From Armatimonadota bacterium (lineage in GTDB: Bacteria; Armatimonadota; UBA5829; DSUL01), in contig JBDHZC010000001.1 of NCBI GenBank assembly GCA_039811685.1, positions 160,001 to 224,000 on the forward strand: DNA of 64,000 nucleotides, read 5' to 3'. Shown here one piece after another: positions 40,901 to 52,234 of this stretch. Positions within the stretch are counted from its first letter, which is position 1. Every line of letters begins with the position of its first letter. A program made the position numbers and the translations under genes. The notes under the pieces are model-generated. The model was given only the letters and a program-made list of their open reading frames with translations, did not search any database and had not been told where the DNA came from.

Positions 40901-42826
40901 TTGAGCCGATATTTCAAAAACCTGATCGCCATTATGGCGCTGGTCCTCATCGTCTTGTTCGTCACCCGTGGCAGTTCGCTACGGGGCGTGAACAACGATG
41001 TCTCGGAGCGAGACTACTCCGTAATGATGCAGATGATCCAGAAGGGTGAGGTCAATCGCGGCACCATCCAGGAGAACATCTTCAAATTCGAGGACAATAA
41101 AGGCCGTCACTACTATACGCGTGTCCCCGATCCGGGTGATCAGGAAGACTTGCGCGCCGCGCTTGAAAAGGGCAAAGTCACTTTCAAGATTTCGGCTCCA
41201 CTTTTGTCCGCAGGCATTCAGAATTTACTCCTTGGGCTCTTTCCGATACTTATCCTTGTCGCCTTCTGGATGTTCTTTTTGAGGCAGGCGCAGCAGGGTG
41301 GCAACCAGGCTATGGCCTTTGGTCGCAGCCGTGCCAAGAGGGTGTCTGAGAACGTCCCTAAAGTGACTTTCGAGGACGTGGCCGGTGTGGAAGAGGCGAA
41401 GCAGGAGCTCCAGGAGATTGTGGAGTTCCTGAAGAATCCTAAGAAATTTCAGGCGCTTGGCGCGAAAATTCCAAAGGGCGTTCTCCTCCTTGGGCCTCCT
41501 GGGTGTGGCAAGACACTGCTGGCCCGAGCGATAGCTGGCGAAGCCGGAGTGCCCTTCTTTCACATCAGCGGTTCGGACTTCGTTGAGATGTTTGTAGGAG
41601 TTGGCGCATCCAGGGTGCGCGACCTCTTTGACACCGCAAAGGCGAACCGGCCGAGCCTGGTCTTTATTGATGAGATTGACGCTGTCGGCCGCCAAAGGGG
41701 CGCTGGTCTCGGCGGCGGGCACGATGAGCGCGAACAGACGCTGAATCAGCTTCTGGTGGAGATGGATGGCTTCGACCCGAACTCGGGCGTCATCCTCATT
41801 GCCGCAACCAACCGGCCGGATGTTCTGGATCCGGCGCTTCTACGTCCCGGCCGTTTTGATCGCAGAGTGATTGTGGATGATCCGGATATGAATGGGCGAC
41901 GGGCGATTCTCGGCGTACACGTCAAGGGCAAACCTCTGGCCGACGATGTAGATCTGGATTCACTGGCGCGCCGGACGCCCGGATTTTCAGGGGCTGACCT
42001 GATGAACCTCGTAAACGAGGCAGCGCTACTGGCAGCCCGTCGCGAGAAAACCAAAATCGGTATGGCGGAGTTTGAAGCCTCTGTCGACCGAGTAATTGCC
42101 GGGCCGGAGCGGCGCAGCAGGCTTATTAACGAAAAAGAGAAGAGTGTTGTGGCCTATCACGAAGTCGGCCATGCGGTAGTTATGGACATCCTGCCGAACG
42201 GAGATCCTGTGCACAAAGTCTCCATCCTCCCGCGCGGAATGGCGCTCGGCGTTACGATGTCGCTGCCTTTGGAGGACAAGTACCTCACCACGCGCGATGA
42301 GCTTCTGGATGACGTGACCGGTCTGCTTGGCGGAAGAGCGGCGGAACAGCTCATCTTTGGTCAAATGACCACCGGCGCCAACAACGATCTGGATCGCGCA
42401 AGCGATATTGCGCGAAGGATGGTGTGCGAGTTCGGAATGAGTGAGGAGATAGGCCCTCTGACGCTCGGCAAGCGGCATGGGAATCCCTTCCTTGGCCGCG
42501 ATATTATGGAGGACCGCAACTACTCTGAGGAAGTGGCCCAGAAGATTGACATGGAAGTCCGGCGCATTATTGAAGCCAGCTATGAGCGCGCAGTGAAGAT
42601 ACTGGAAGACAATCGCGACAAGGTTGATCGTATCGCTCGCGTGCTCCTGGAGCGCGAAACAATAGACGCCGATGAATTCAGAGCCCTGATGGAAGGCCGC
42701 GATCCGTTCGCGGGTCAGGTCAAAGAGGGTGACTCTGGTGACACCCCCGCTAAGGATAAGCCTTCAGAGCAGCCTCTGGACAACCGGACTCAGGTACAGC
42801 CCAAGCTCGAGCCTGGCGTTGCGTGA
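40901..42826 (+). CDS. ftsH: ATP-dependent zinc metalloprotease FtsH
   Basis: Two TM helices, [27 protein letters not shown]. Confidence 0.98.
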   Translation: MSRYFKNLIAIMALVLIVLFVTRGSSLRGVNNDVSERDYSVMMQMIQKGEVNRGTIQENIFKFEDNKGRHYYTRVPDPGDQEDLRAALEKGKVTFKISAPLLSAGIQNLLLGLFPILILVAFWMFFLRQAQQGGNQAMAFGRSRAKRVSENVPKVTFEDVAGVEEAKQELQEIVEFLKNPKKFQALGAKIPKGVLLLGPPGCGKTLLARAIAGEAGVPFFHISGSDFVEMFVGVGASRVRDLFDTAKANRPSLVFIDEIDAVGRQRGAGLGGGHDEREQTLNQLLVEMDGFDPNSGVILIAATNRPDVLDPALLRPGRFDRRVIVDDPDMNGRRAILGVHVKGKPLADDVDLDSLARRTPGFSGADLMNLVNEAALLAARREKTKIGMAEFEASVDRVIAGPERRSRLINEKEKSVVAYHEVGHAVVMDILPNGDPVHKVSILPRGMALGVTMSLPLEDKYLTTRDELLDDVTGLLGGRAAEQLIFGQMTTGANNDLDRASDIARRMVCEFGMSEEIGPLTLGKRHGNPFLGRDIMEDRNYSEEVAQKIDMEVRRIIEASYERAVKILEDNRDKVDRIARVLLERETIDADEFRALMEGRDPFAGQVKEGDSGDTPAKDKPSEQPLDNRTQVQPKLEPGVA

Positions 42827-42883
42827 GTTTTTGAAGCCGACAGGGATGGGTGGCCTTTCTCTTCTGCCGGTTTTGATCGGCGC

Positions 42884-44566
42884 ATGCGCTTTGTGAGAGC
42901 CTTTGGGTTGCACAAGAGAGTCCTCTTCCTGGGGTGTGTCCTGGCGTGTGTGCTCTGTTTGTTTCAAGGCGCTTTTGGGGCCGAAGGGCGCTTTGCGGTA
43001 CGGGGCATTAAGGGGTTGTGGTGGGACGGTGTTGAGAATTATCGGCTCGCTCTTCCCTGGCTGGCCGAGCACCAGCTCAACTTCCTCATGTTCTGCTACA
43101 CCTCCTTTCCGGCCAGCGCGAAAGACTGGCGCTCGGCTTACTCACCGGATGAGCTGGAAAGTTTCCGAACGTTAGCAGCGCAGGCGAAAGAGCTGCGGGT
43201 GAATCTGTGTCTCTCCTTTAATCCAGCCATCTGGAGCAACCCTCCTTTGGAGTATTCCAGCGATCAGGACTACAGAATCATTCTCGACAAGGTTCTAAGC
43301 GTTCACGAGCGTGGGATTAGCTGGTTCGCACTGTGTCTGGACGATATCAACCGCGATCTTACTCCGTCTGACAAAGAGCGCTTTGGCTCTCTTCAGGCAG
43401 CTCAGGTTTATCTCGTAAACCGCCTTTGGGCAGATATGCAGCGCATGAAGCCGCGTCCGAAGCTTATCTTCTGTCCGAGCGCTTACTCCACTCGGGATAT
43501 GACCCTTCATCCGGACTATATCAAGGCCATTGGCGCTGGAATATCAAAGGATGTTCAGATTTTCTGGACCGGCCCTGAGGTGTGTTCTGCGTCTATTGCC
43601 CGTATAGACGCAGAAAAGGTCGCGCAGTGGTTGCGGCGGAAACCCTTTGTCTGGGACAACTATCCCGTGAATGATATGTACCCGTGGCGGCCGCTTCTTG
43701 CTCCTGTCCAGCATCGCGCGCCTGATCTTGCCGGCGCTGTATCTGGATTTATGGCCAATCCGATGAAGCAGTTCCACGCTTCTACTCTTCCGCTGACGAC
43801 ACTGGCCTGGTATCTGAACGATCCCGCGTCCTACAACTCCGAAACCGCGTCCCAGCGCCTCATTCACGCTTTTCCGCCAGAGACTCGCGGAACAGTCCGT
43901 CTGTTGCTGGAGTTGTACGGCAATTCGTTCTGGGGTGACGGAGCGTTTCCTCCAAGACCGCGCCCTTCCAGCAGAACTGAAGCCAACCGGATGCTGGGGA
44001 GGTATCGTGCCCTGCAAGCCCAGATGCAGACACACCCTGAACTTGCCGCACTATTGAGCGATATACGTCCCACGCTGGAGGAGGATATCCATGAATTGGA
44101 CCATCTGGCTTCGCGGAGGGCGCACGGCGACGGCTTGCTCCTTTTTGGCGATCGTTTCTCCGGTGGTGGCGCGGAGCTTTACGGGCGCAGGCGCGAAGGC
44201 CGCTGGGTCAACTACGTCTACGCTCAGCCAACCGGGCAGGACGAAATGCGGGCGGAGTTTTCACTGAGCGCTGTCCCAAAAGCGGCCGAATTAAGAGTGC
44301 TGGCCTTGAACGACGATTTCGGGAACAGACCGAAGATTAGTGTTAGCATCAATGCCGCGGTTGTATTTGAAGGTGAGTCTCCTTTTACGAGTGAGGCTTT
44401 CTCGGAGCGCCAGTGGAGAATTCCGCCAGGTGCGCTGAAGCCAGGCTCTAACACCATTGCCATCGCCAATCTCGAGACGGTTGGATCTTCCGGGATGCCC
44501 CCATGGTTTATGGTTGCGGAGGCTCAAATCGAGGATGCCGGACAGCCGGACTCACCGGCTAAGTGA
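42884..44566 (+). CDS. Beta-N-acetylglucosaminidase domain protein (GH84-like) with C-terminal beta-sandwich
   Basis: VRGIKG, LCLDDI, FCPSAY, FWTGPEV, WDNYPVND, MANPM. Confidence 0.8.
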   Translation: MRFVRAFGLHKRVLFLGCVLACVLCLFQGAFGAEGRFAVRGIKGLWWDGVENYRLALPWLAEHQLNFLMFCYTSFPASAKDWRSAYSPDELESFRTLAAQAKELRVNLCLSFNPAIWSNPPLEYSSDQDYRIILDKVLSVHERGISWFALCLDDINRDLTPSDKERFGSLQAAQVYLVNRLWADMQRMKPRPKLIFCPSAYSTRDMTLHPDYIKAIGAGISKDVQIFWTGPEVCSASIARIDAEKVAQWLRRKPFVWDNYPVNDMYPWRPLLAPVQHRAPDLAGAVSGFMANPMKQFHASTLPLTTLAWYLNDPASYNSETASQRLIHAFPPETRGTVRLLLELYGNSFWGDGAFPPRPRPSSRTEANRMLGRYRALQAQMQTHPELAALLSDIRPTLEEDIHELDHLASRRAHGDGLLLFGDRFSGGGAELYGRRREGRWVNYVYAQPTGQDEMRAEFSLSAVPKAAELRVLALNDDFGNRPKISVSINAAVVFEGESPFTSEAFSERQWRIPPGALKPGSNTIAIANLETVGSSGMPPWFMVAEAQIEDAGQPDSPAK

Positions 44567-44627
44567 ACACTTCAGTGCGGGTCTGGAGTTTGACAACGGA
44601 TCGGCTGTTTCAATCTGAGGTAACGCT

Positions 44628-45566
44628 TTGAGCGAACAATCTGCTTTGCATACCTTTGCGTGTATCCCTAACTTCAGCGAAGGCCGCAACGAGGCGACAG
44701 TAGAGAGCATCGTCGGCGCTATCTCTGGCAGCGGGGCACGCGTTATGGACTGGTCCATGGACGCCGACCACCATCGCAGTGTTGTCGCCTTCTTTGGAGA
44801 TGCCAGCACCGTTTGTTCCGCTGTCTTCGCCGCAGCCTCCAAAGCGGTTGACCTAATTGATCTGCAAGCGCATAAGGGAGAGCACCCTCGCTTTGGCGCG
44901 ATTGATGTTGTCCCGGTTGTCCCTCTCGGTTCGTCCACTTTTGAGGAAGCGATTGCCCTGAGTGCAGGCATTGGGGAGAACCTCGGCAAAAGCCTCGGGT
45001 TACCGGTCTTCCTTTACGAGCGTAGCGCAACAGATGAGCGTCGGCGGGATCTCGCTGAGGTGCGAAGGCTCCGCAACGCCGGCACAGACGCGGATTTGAG
45101 GAACGCTCTGTCGCCGGATTTTGGACCACGCCGGTTCCACCCGACGGCCGGCGCCGTAGCCGTCGGCGCCCGTGACCCGCTCATCGCCTACAACGTAAAT
45201 TTAGAAACATCGGACGTGTCCGCAGCAAAGGATATCGCCGCCTCGTTGCGCAAGAGGCGAGACTCTGGTCTGGGAATGGCAGGTGTCAAAGCTCTCGCAA
45301 TATATCTGGAAAGCCGCTCCGTTGCGCAGGTGTCAACCAACATAACGAGGCCTGATGTATGCCGGCCGAGAGAGGTGTTTGATGCGGTGCGTCGTCTGTC
45401 CGGCGAACTCGGCGTGGCGCTGCGGGAGTCAGAGCTGATTGGGATTGTGTCCCGGGATCATCTTTCGTTGGAAGACGTCAGCCACATGCGCTTCGCGGGG
45501 CTGAGAGAGACACAGTTTCTGGAGTACTGGGGACAGCGCTACAGCGCAGAGTGCAAAGAATCTTAG
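44628..45566 (+). CDS. ftcD: Glutamate formiminotransferase
   Basis: CIPNFSEGRN, DADHHRSV, GEHPRFGAIDVVP, GARDPLIAYNVNL, SELIG. Confidence 0.9.
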   Translation: MSEQSALHTFACIPNFSEGRNEATVESIVGAISGSGARVMDWSMDADHHRSVVAFFGDASTVCSAVFAAASKAVDLIDLQAHKGEHPRFGAIDVVPVVPLGSSTFEEAIALSAGIGENLGKSLGLPVFLYERSATDERRRDLAEVRRLRNAGTDADLRNALSPDFGPRRFHPTAGAVAVGARDPLIAYNVNLETSDVSAAKDIAASLRKRRDSGLGMAGVKALAIYLESRSVAQVSTNITRPDVCRPREVFDAVRRLSGELGVALRESELIGIVSRDHLSLEDVSHMRFAGLRETQFLEYWGQRYSAECKES

Positions 45567-45568
45567 CT

Positions 45569-47521
45569 CTAAATAAACACCCTGTACGTCTGGATACCCA
45601 GTACTGGGCCGATGATAGCCCAGATGCTTCCCATAACATAGTCCCCGAGGATAAGCCCAAGGAAGAAGGGGACGGCGGCGTTGTGAAACTTCATACCGCC
45701 ATACCGGACAATGAGCGATTTAGCAACCCACGCCAGAAAGAATGCGAACCAGAAGTAATTCATGGCAAAGCTAACCGCCAGCGCATACCCCGCCGGATGA
45801 AACGGGAAGTCGATTGACGCCAGCCTTAGACTGCGCAGACTGACCACCACGGCCAGACCGGCAACCATCGCAATGATGCGCGGGACGCTGGGGCTCTCTG
45901 GATTTTTCAGCCAGGTCATCAGTTTGTCGCGGAAGGATTCTGTCCCAAGCCACCATTTGAAACCCAGCGCTTTGGAAGATGCGCCAGCTTCGTACGTCAC
46001 CTGGAGGTTAGCCCAGTAGGTGACGGCAATGCCCACCACCAATGCCAGCGCAAGCACACCAACCATTTTCCGGCGGTGGATTTTCGCATATTCAGCCATC
46101 TTGAAGGATTCCATCATGTTCGGCATCGGGTGGCAGCGCATTCCGCGTTGAAACCAGTACATTGTGCAGATGGCTGTCAGGCTTTGTGGATGCCCGCCGA
46201 GAGTTGTTCCAAAGGTGTTAGTGAGGATTGTCTGCGGGTTGACAAAGTAGATTTCGTGCGGTGTGCCCAACTCAGCGCGCACTCGAGTAATGGTGAGGCT
46301 CAGCAGAAGGTAGATGCCGAAGAAGAGAATGGCGATCCACCACGCTATGCCCAGCAGCATACTCCAGAATGCGAGAAATGCGCACCCCAGAGCAATTGTA
46401 CCCAGCGCTATCCGATAGTCTCTGGCTTCCCCAGCTTCGTGCTCCGGCTCTGTTCCTACTGCCTGCCTCCAGACACTCTTGAGGTAGTGCCGGGCGCCCC
46501 AGACGATCGTCATACCCAGCCCAAGCCAGGCGCCTGCGGCCTGTTCGCCAAAGAACGGGAAACCTACATTCGTTGCCGCATCCCACCCCTGCGTTCTGCC
46601 CAGCACTTTGAAAAGCTGACTCAGCACGAAGAAAAACCAGCACGAAAAGCTGAGATCAAGCGGGATGAAGAACGCAATTCCAATCGCGAATGGATACATA
46701 GAAATCGGAAGGTATCCCACGGCATTCCAGGGAGGGCTGGAGAACATGGTTCCTATGTCGTACTGCTTGACGGCTGGCAGCCAGGGGAGTTGCGGGTAAA
46801 GCGTGTGCATTCCGTTGACAAACGTAATTGTCGCCGCCACAGCAAAGCCGTACCACAGCGCCTTCATGTTGAAAATGCCTCCGCCCTCCGCGCTGGCGGC
46901 CATGGCAACCGGGAGCTGAATGAGCGGAAACACGAGCTTTTCGTTCTGTGTCCAAGCCCGCCGCAGGATTACTGAGGCTGCCAGCATCATTGAGAGCAGT
47001 GCCACCAGGAAGATGCCCCACATCGAAAGTGGGAGTACCCAGAAGCGCCACAAGCCGCTCGTCCAGGGGTTGGTATTGCCGATGTAGAAATCCTTCAGAG
47101 CCAGCTCATCGCGCACAAAGAGGAACTTTGGAAGAAAACGAAAGAACAGCTTCTGGTACTCATTTTCCGGGGAGGCGTAGTAGTAAGGGTGGGTGATTGC
47201 GCCGAACATATTCTGAAGCATGTCGTGCCCTGAGAGGACGCAGCTCACCACCAGCATCACGTACACGACCGTCAGCTCCGCGCGGTTGAGCGCGTGACGC
47301 GGACGCAGCTTGAGCGCGAGCAGATTTAGCAGGCAAAGAACAAAGAGAATAAAAACCGGAGTAATGAAGAGTGGGAGGGAGGTGCCGTCCAGCGTGTACC
47401 AGCGCACCTCGACAATTGTAACCCAGTAGGTGTTGACAGGCGTGAGAAGCAGGCCTAGAAGGATCGCCCGCCACGTTACGCCAGAGACCGTCTGTTCCGC
47501 CTGTGTTTGAACTCGTTCCAA
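45569..47521 (-). CDS. Polytopic membrane protein, DUF6785/DUF6784-like (putative transporter)
   Basis: 650 aa with many TM helices; EKLVFPL, FPFHPAGY and PFFLGLILGD motifs. Confidence 0.75.
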   Translation of the reverse strand: MERVQTQAEQTVSGVTWRAILLGLLLTPVNTYWVTIVEVRWYTLDGTSLPLFITPVFILFVLCLLNLLALKLRPRHALNRAELTVVYVMLVVSCVLSGHDMLQNMFGAITHPYYYASPENEYQKLFFRFLPKFLFVRDELALKDFYIGNTNPWTSGLWRFWVLPLSMWGIFLVALLSMMLAASVILRRAWTQNEKLVFPLIQLPVAMAASAEGGGIFNMKALWYGFAVAATITFVNGMHTLYPQLPWLPAVKQYDIGTMFSSPPWNAVGYLPISMYPFAIGIAFFIPLDLSFSCWFFFVLSQLFKVLGRTQGWDAATNVGFPFFGEQAAGAWLGLGMTIVWGARHYLKSVWRQAVGTEPEHEAGEARDYRIALGTIALGCAFLAFWSMLLGIAWWIAILFFGIYLLLSLTITRVRAELGTPHEIYFVNPQTILTNTFGTTLGGHPQSLTAICTMYWFQRGMRCHPMPNMMESFKMAEYAKIHRRKMVGVLALALVVGIAVTYWANLQVTYEAGASSKALGFKWWLGTESFRDKLMTWLKNPESPSVPRIIAMVAGLAVVVSLRSLRLASIDFPFHPAGYALAVSFAMNYFWFAFFLAWVAKSLIVRYGGMKFHNAAVPFFLGLILGDYVMGSIWAIIGPVLGIQTYRVFI

Positions 47522-47655
47522 ACCGTAACTGTATTGTTCAGGCTGCTGGGAGTTTCCTGCAGGGGCTGGGAAGCAAGCTCAGCATTGCCTGAGCCTGTTG
47601 GCGCAGGTATACTCCGTACCGGCGTACCTCACTTTTTTACGGGAGAGTTTTTATC

Positions 47656-48486
47656 GTGGCTACAACACCCACTGACCTGCCTTCTATGACGGGCGACTAC
47701 ACACTGACGGATGAACAGATTGCTGCGTATCAGCGCGACGGGCACATTCATCTGAAGCAAGTTGCGACACCGGATGAACTGAAGCTCTGGGAACCCATTT
47801 TTGCAGATATTGTGCGACAGCAGCAAACCGAAGTGCGGCCACTTGAAGAGAGAGATACCTACGGCAAGGCTTTCCTCCAGATCATAAACCTCTGGCAGAA
47901 TCACGAGTCAGTTCGCGCTTTTGTGCTTTCGCCGCGCTTCGCTAAAATTGCAGCTCAACTCATGCAGGTGGATGGCGTGCGAATCTATCACGACCAGGCG
48001 CTGTTCAAAGAGCCGGGCGGGGGACTCACTCCCTGGCATCAGGATCAATACTACTGGCCGTTAGACGGCGCAAAGACCATCACCATGTGGATGCCGCTTG
48101 TGGACGTCCCGCCGGAGATGGGCGCGCTTACGTTTGCCAGCGGCTCTCATACAGAGGGTTTTCTCGGACATATCAGGATCTCGGATGACTCGGAAGAACA
48201 CTTCAGTAAGTATGTAAATGACAACGGCTATCCGGTCGTGCGGGAACCACTGGCTCTCGGAGATGCGACGTTTCATTCCGGATGGACGCTGCATTGCGCC
48301 CCTGGTAACGACACGGACAGGATGCGGGAAGTTCAGACCATCATCTATTTTGAGGACGGCGCCCACGTGTCCACACCAGACAACCCGAACAGGGAGAATG
48401 ATCTGGCGTGCTGGTTACCCGGACTCAAGCCCGGTGACAAGGCGGCAAGCGCAATCAACCCGGTGGTCTGGCAGAAAGCTGACTGA
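47656..48486 (+). CDS. Phytanoyl-CoA dioxygenase family Fe(II)/2OG oxygenase
   Basis: YQRDG, HDQALFKEPGG, TPWHQD, GSH, TFHSGWTLH. Confidence 0.9.
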   Translation: MATTPTDLPSMTGDYTLTDEQIAAYQRDGHIHLKQVATPDELKLWEPIFADIVRQQQTEVRPLEERDTYGKAFLQIINLWQNHESVRAFVLSPRFAKIAAQLMQVDGVRIYHDQALFKEPGGGLTPWHQDQYYWPLDGAKTITMWMPLVDVPPEMGALTFASGSHTEGFLGHIRISDDSEEHFSKYVNDNGYPVVREPLALGDATFHSGWTLHCAPGNDTDRMREVQTIIYFEDGAHVSTPDNPNRENDLACWLPGLKPGDKAASAINPVVWQKAD

Positions 48487-48790
48487 TCTGCGGGTTTCCA
48501 GCTACCTGTTCCAGCGCTGATCCAAGGGTGGTCTGCCTGGGCTTTCGCATTCTCTGCGCTGGTTTCCATCCGCAATCCGTCCGACTTGTGACGGCAAGTC
48601 TTGTCGCCAGGTACTTTGGACATATGTCTTGACAACGGACGCCTGAAAGCAGACAATGGAGTCGCAGTCGCATGTAAATTGCAGAGGCTGGACAACCATG
48701 AATGCAGCAACGACGTTCTGTAAACCTCGCCGCTCAGCCAAAATCGGTGGCCTTTGTGCCTTGCCACTTGTCAGGTCCAAAGGGATACCG

Positions 48791-49426
48791 GTGAGTTTAC
48801 ACACCAAAAGTGGACCCTGCTCACACAAGGACTCTCCGTCGCGGCGCAGGTGCGGTTTTACGCTCATTGAGCTTCTTGTCGTAATCGCGATAATCGCAAT
48901 TCTGGCTGCAATTCTGTTTCCCGTCTTTGTCAGCGCGCGCGAGTCGGCAAGAAGGAGCAAGTGCGTTAGCAATCTGAAACAACTCGGATTGATGCTGCAG
49001 CAGTACGCTGACGACTACAAGGGAAAGCTGCCGCCGTATTCGTCTTCAGCAATGCCGGATATGAGAGCTATGCGCACCGTGTGTCAGGTGTATGGAAAAG
49101 GAGAGAAACTCTGGCAGTGCCCTAGCGACCACGGGTACGATTACCCTCCTCCTCAACGCCCGGTCAAGCCTAGCTTTTACGTTTATGCCGGTAGCAGCTA
49201 CCTCTACAATGGCTATATCTACGGCTCTGCACAGCCAGCGAACAAACCTAAAACACTGACAACCTGTACGAACTCAGCCAAACTGATTCTCTTCTGGGAC
49301 TGGGTGTCACATCCGTATGAGACCACGTGGTGGCAGCAAACCGTTTTTGGAGATGGCCACGTAAAGGCGCTGACCAATCAGCAGCTTTATGATGGGGTGG
49401 TGCTGGAGACTCCCGGGCTGTGGTGA
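48791..49426 (+). CDS. Prepilin-type N-terminal cleavage/methylation protein (DUF1559-like)
   Basis: [43 protein letters not shown]; start uncertain (ORF open from 48656). Confidence 0.85.
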   Translation: MSLHTKSGPCSHKDSPSRRRCGFTLIELLVVIAIIAILAAILFPVFVSARESARRSKCVSNLKQLGLMLQQYADDYKGKLPPYSSSAMPDMRAMRTVCQVYGKGEKLWQCPSDHGYDYPPPQRPVKPSFYVYAGSSYLYNGYIYGSAQPANKPKTLTTCTNSAKLILFWDWVSHPYETTWWQQTVFGDGHVKALTNQQLYDGVVLETPGLW

Positions 49427-49718
49427 GAAGGGCCTGACCCTTCGACGCCCTTCCGTGGACTGCCGGTGACGCTCCGCCCGAAATGTCGCTTATCGTTCGG
49501 CAGCTTTGCGCTGCACATGGTGTGGTCACCTATCCCGGTTATCAGCTATCCTCAACCACAAAACGAACGTACTCATGTCCCATTTCCCGCCAGTCGACTG
49601 CGGCCTGTCGGCGGCTGGAATACGGCCACACTGTCCGTCAGCAGCACCGCAAGAGTTTGGTGTCAGTTGCCGTGGCGCAGTGCGCCGTTCAAATCACACT
49701 TCAGGAGCCTGATACAGC

Positions 49719-51119
49719 ATGCCAACGTCCAAAACTGATACGCGCATAGAATCTGACAGCATGGGTCAGATTGAAGTCCCGGCGCATCGTTACTGGGGAG
49801 CGCAGACGCAGCGCTCATTGAAGCATTTTGCGATTGGCAACGACGTGATGCCCCGGGAGCTTATACGCGCTTTCGGTATTCTCAAGCAGGCTGCCGCAGA
49901 AGTCAACCGGGATCTCGGAAAGCTCGACGAGGAGAAGGCTGGTCTGATCACCGCCGCTGCTCAGGAGGTGATTGACGGAAAGCTTGACGAGGAGTTTCCG
50001 CTGCGCATCTGGCAGACGGGCAGCGGCACACAGACCAATATGAACTCTAACGAGGTCATAGCTAACCGCGCCATCGAGATTGCGGGCGGAGAGCCAGGGT
50101 CCAAGAAGCCCGTCCACCCGAACGACCACGTCAATATGTCTCAGTCGTCCAATGACACTTTCCCCACTGCAATGCATATCGCCGCAGCAGAACAGATCGT
50201 TCATTCCCTCTTGCCCGCCGCCCAAAAGCTGCGAGACGCTCTTGATGTGAAGGGTCGCGAATTTCAGAATATCATCAAAATCGGACGTACGCACCTGATG
50301 GACGCGGTGCCATTGACGATGGGGCAGGAGTTTTCTGGATGGGTATCTCAGATTGACGCCGATATCCAGCGTCTGCAGATGATTTTACCAGGGCTGTTTG
50401 AGCTTGCTGCTGGCGGTACGGCCGTTGGTACAGGCTTGAATACTCATCCAGAGTTTGCCAGTCGCGTTGCTGGCAAGATTGCAGACAAGACCGCCCTGCC
50501 TTTTGTCACTGCGCCAAACAAATTTGCTGCCCTGGCCGGGCACGATGCCGTAGTTATGGCCAGCGGAGCATTGAAGACTCTCGCCTGCTCGCTAATGAAA
50601 ATTGCCAACGACATTCGGTGGTTGGCTTCCGGTCCGCGTTGTGGGCTGGGTGAGCTTTCGCTGCCAGAAAATGAGCCCGGTTCGTCCATTATGCCGGGCA
50701 AGGTCAATCCCACACAGTGCGAGGCTATGACGATGGTGTGTGTTCAGGTGCTCGGAAACGATGCGGCAATTGGCTTCGCTGGAACGCAGGGCAACTTTGA
50801 GCTGAATGTTTTCAAGCCGGTGATGATTCACAATTTGTTGCACTCAGTGCGCCTGCTTTCTGATGCCTGCAACAGCTTCACAGATCACATGGTCGTTGGG
50901 ATTCAAGCCAACGAAGCTCGGATCAAGTCATTTTTGGACAACTCCCTCATGCTCGTCACCGCACTCAGCCCTCAAATTGGTTACGATCGGGCGGCCGAGG
51001 TCGCGCACAAGGCTCATCACGAGCACTCTTCGCTCAAAGAGGCGGCTGTATCGCTGGGTTATTTGACCGCGGAGGAGTTTGACGCCGCCGTGCGCCCGGA
51101 AGAAATGCTTGGGCCCTGA
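49719..51119 (+). CDS. fumC: Fumarate hydratase class II
   Basis: [38 protein letters not shown]. Confidence 0.98.
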   Translation: MPTSKTDTRIESDSMGQIEVPAHRYWGAQTQRSLKHFAIGNDVMPRELIRAFGILKQAAAEVNRDLGKLDEEKAGLITAAAQEVIDGKLDEEFPLRIWQTGSGTQTNMNSNEVIANRAIEIAGGEPGSKKPVHPNDHVNMSQSSNDTFPTAMHIAAAEQIVHSLLPAAQKLRDALDVKGREFQNIIKIGRTHLMDAVPLTMGQEFSGWVSQIDADIQRLQMILPGLFELAAGGTAVGTGLNTHPEFASRVAGKIADKTALPFVTAPNKFAALAGHDAVVMASGALKTLACSLMKIANDIRWLASGPRCGLGELSLPENEPGSSIMPGKVNPTQCEAMTMVCVQVLGNDAAIGFAGTQGNFELNVFKPVMIHNLLHSVRLLSDACNSFTDHMVVGIQANEARIKSFLDNSLMLVTALSPQIGYDRAAEVAHKAHHEHSSLKEAAVSLGYLTAEEFDAAVRPEEMLGP

Positions 51120-51140
51120 CTACTGTAAATCAGAGACGAC

Positions 51141-51764
51141 ATGGACGACACGCACGACACACATTGTGACAAAGGAACGGAGGATGCTGGACGCCTGCGC
51201 CGCAGGCTGAGCCGGCTGCGCTTTCCCGCGTTCAATCATCACAGCCATCCACCAGTTCAGAACGCCAACGATGTCTATGAAAGCCGCCTGAGCTTACTGG
51301 ACAAACTGGCCGTGTACATAACGGATCACGTCGGGTCTATCGGCTTCTTCATCATTATCCTGGCCTGGACTCTCATCTGGACGGGATACAACGCCCTGGC
51401 TACTGAGTTCAAAGCGCTGCACTGGAAGGCCTTCGATCCATACCCGGCGTTTGTTGTCTATCTACTGATCAGCAACGTGATCCAGATACTCTTGATGCCT
51501 TTGATTATGGTGGGACAGAATATTCAGGGGCGCCACAGCGAAACGCGTGCGGATCTGGATTTCGAAGTGAACATGAAGGCGGAAAAAGAGGTGGCATTCC
51601 TCCTGAAGCACCTTCGTTATAATACCGACCTGTTGCTGCGGCTTATGGCGCACGTAGAGTGTCATCTCTCAGACGAGGAGATAGCGCAGATAGGGGAAGA
51701 GCTCGAGAGTCTGAAGGAAGTGGCAAATGCCGATCCTCCACCTCTTGCAGCGGCCGACTCCTGA
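51141..51764 (+). CDS. DUF1003 family membrane protein
   Basis: VGS..F, FDPYP, PLIMVGQN, DFEVNMKAE. Confidence 0.85.
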   Translation: MDDTHDTHCDKGTEDAGRLRRRLSRLRFPAFNHHSHPPVQNANDVYESRLSLLDKLAVYITDHVGSIGFFIIILAWTLIWTGYNALATEFKALHWKAFDPYPAFVVYLLISNVIQILLMPLIMVGQNIQGRHSETRADLDFEVNMKAEKEVAFLLKHLRYNTDLLLRLMAHVECHLSDEEIAQIGEELESLKEVANADPPPLAAADS

Positions 51765-52063
51765 ATATCCCGTTTGCGGTTCAGCCCCACACAGGGTCAT
51801 GTGACACTGTCATCGCGGTATGTCGTCCGCCGCAGACCTTCAGATGGCTCAGTTTGCTACGGCGCTCGTTTTTCCCCGGCGAGCTTCAACTGGAGACTGA
51901 TACAAGCGAGGCTAAGCCAGCGAATTCTGAAAGGGCCGGCTCTGCGTTTCAGCGCTCCCTGATTTTGTGCGTGATGTGTCAACGTAGTCGTTGAATCTAT
52001 GCCTGAGGTATGACGTGAGAGGTTTGCGTTCTGGTCGAGACCAAGGACATTTCATTCGTTCTC

Positions 52064-52092
52064 TTGACGCTAATTAGCTGCAAATCTATAAT
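52064..52092 (+). promoter_or_regulatory. sigma70-type promoter
   Basis: TTGACG-N17-TATAAT. Confidence 0.6.
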
Positions 52093-52234
52093 AGTCTTAC
52101 AGCATCGGGAATGCAGCGATACTCCAGCTGCGGTTTCAGCGTATAGTTCGTCGCGTTCGGACGATCATGTTTCAGCTGGATCAGTACTGTGCACAGCACC
52201 TTGCTTGATGGAATAGCACCAGGAAGCACTACAA

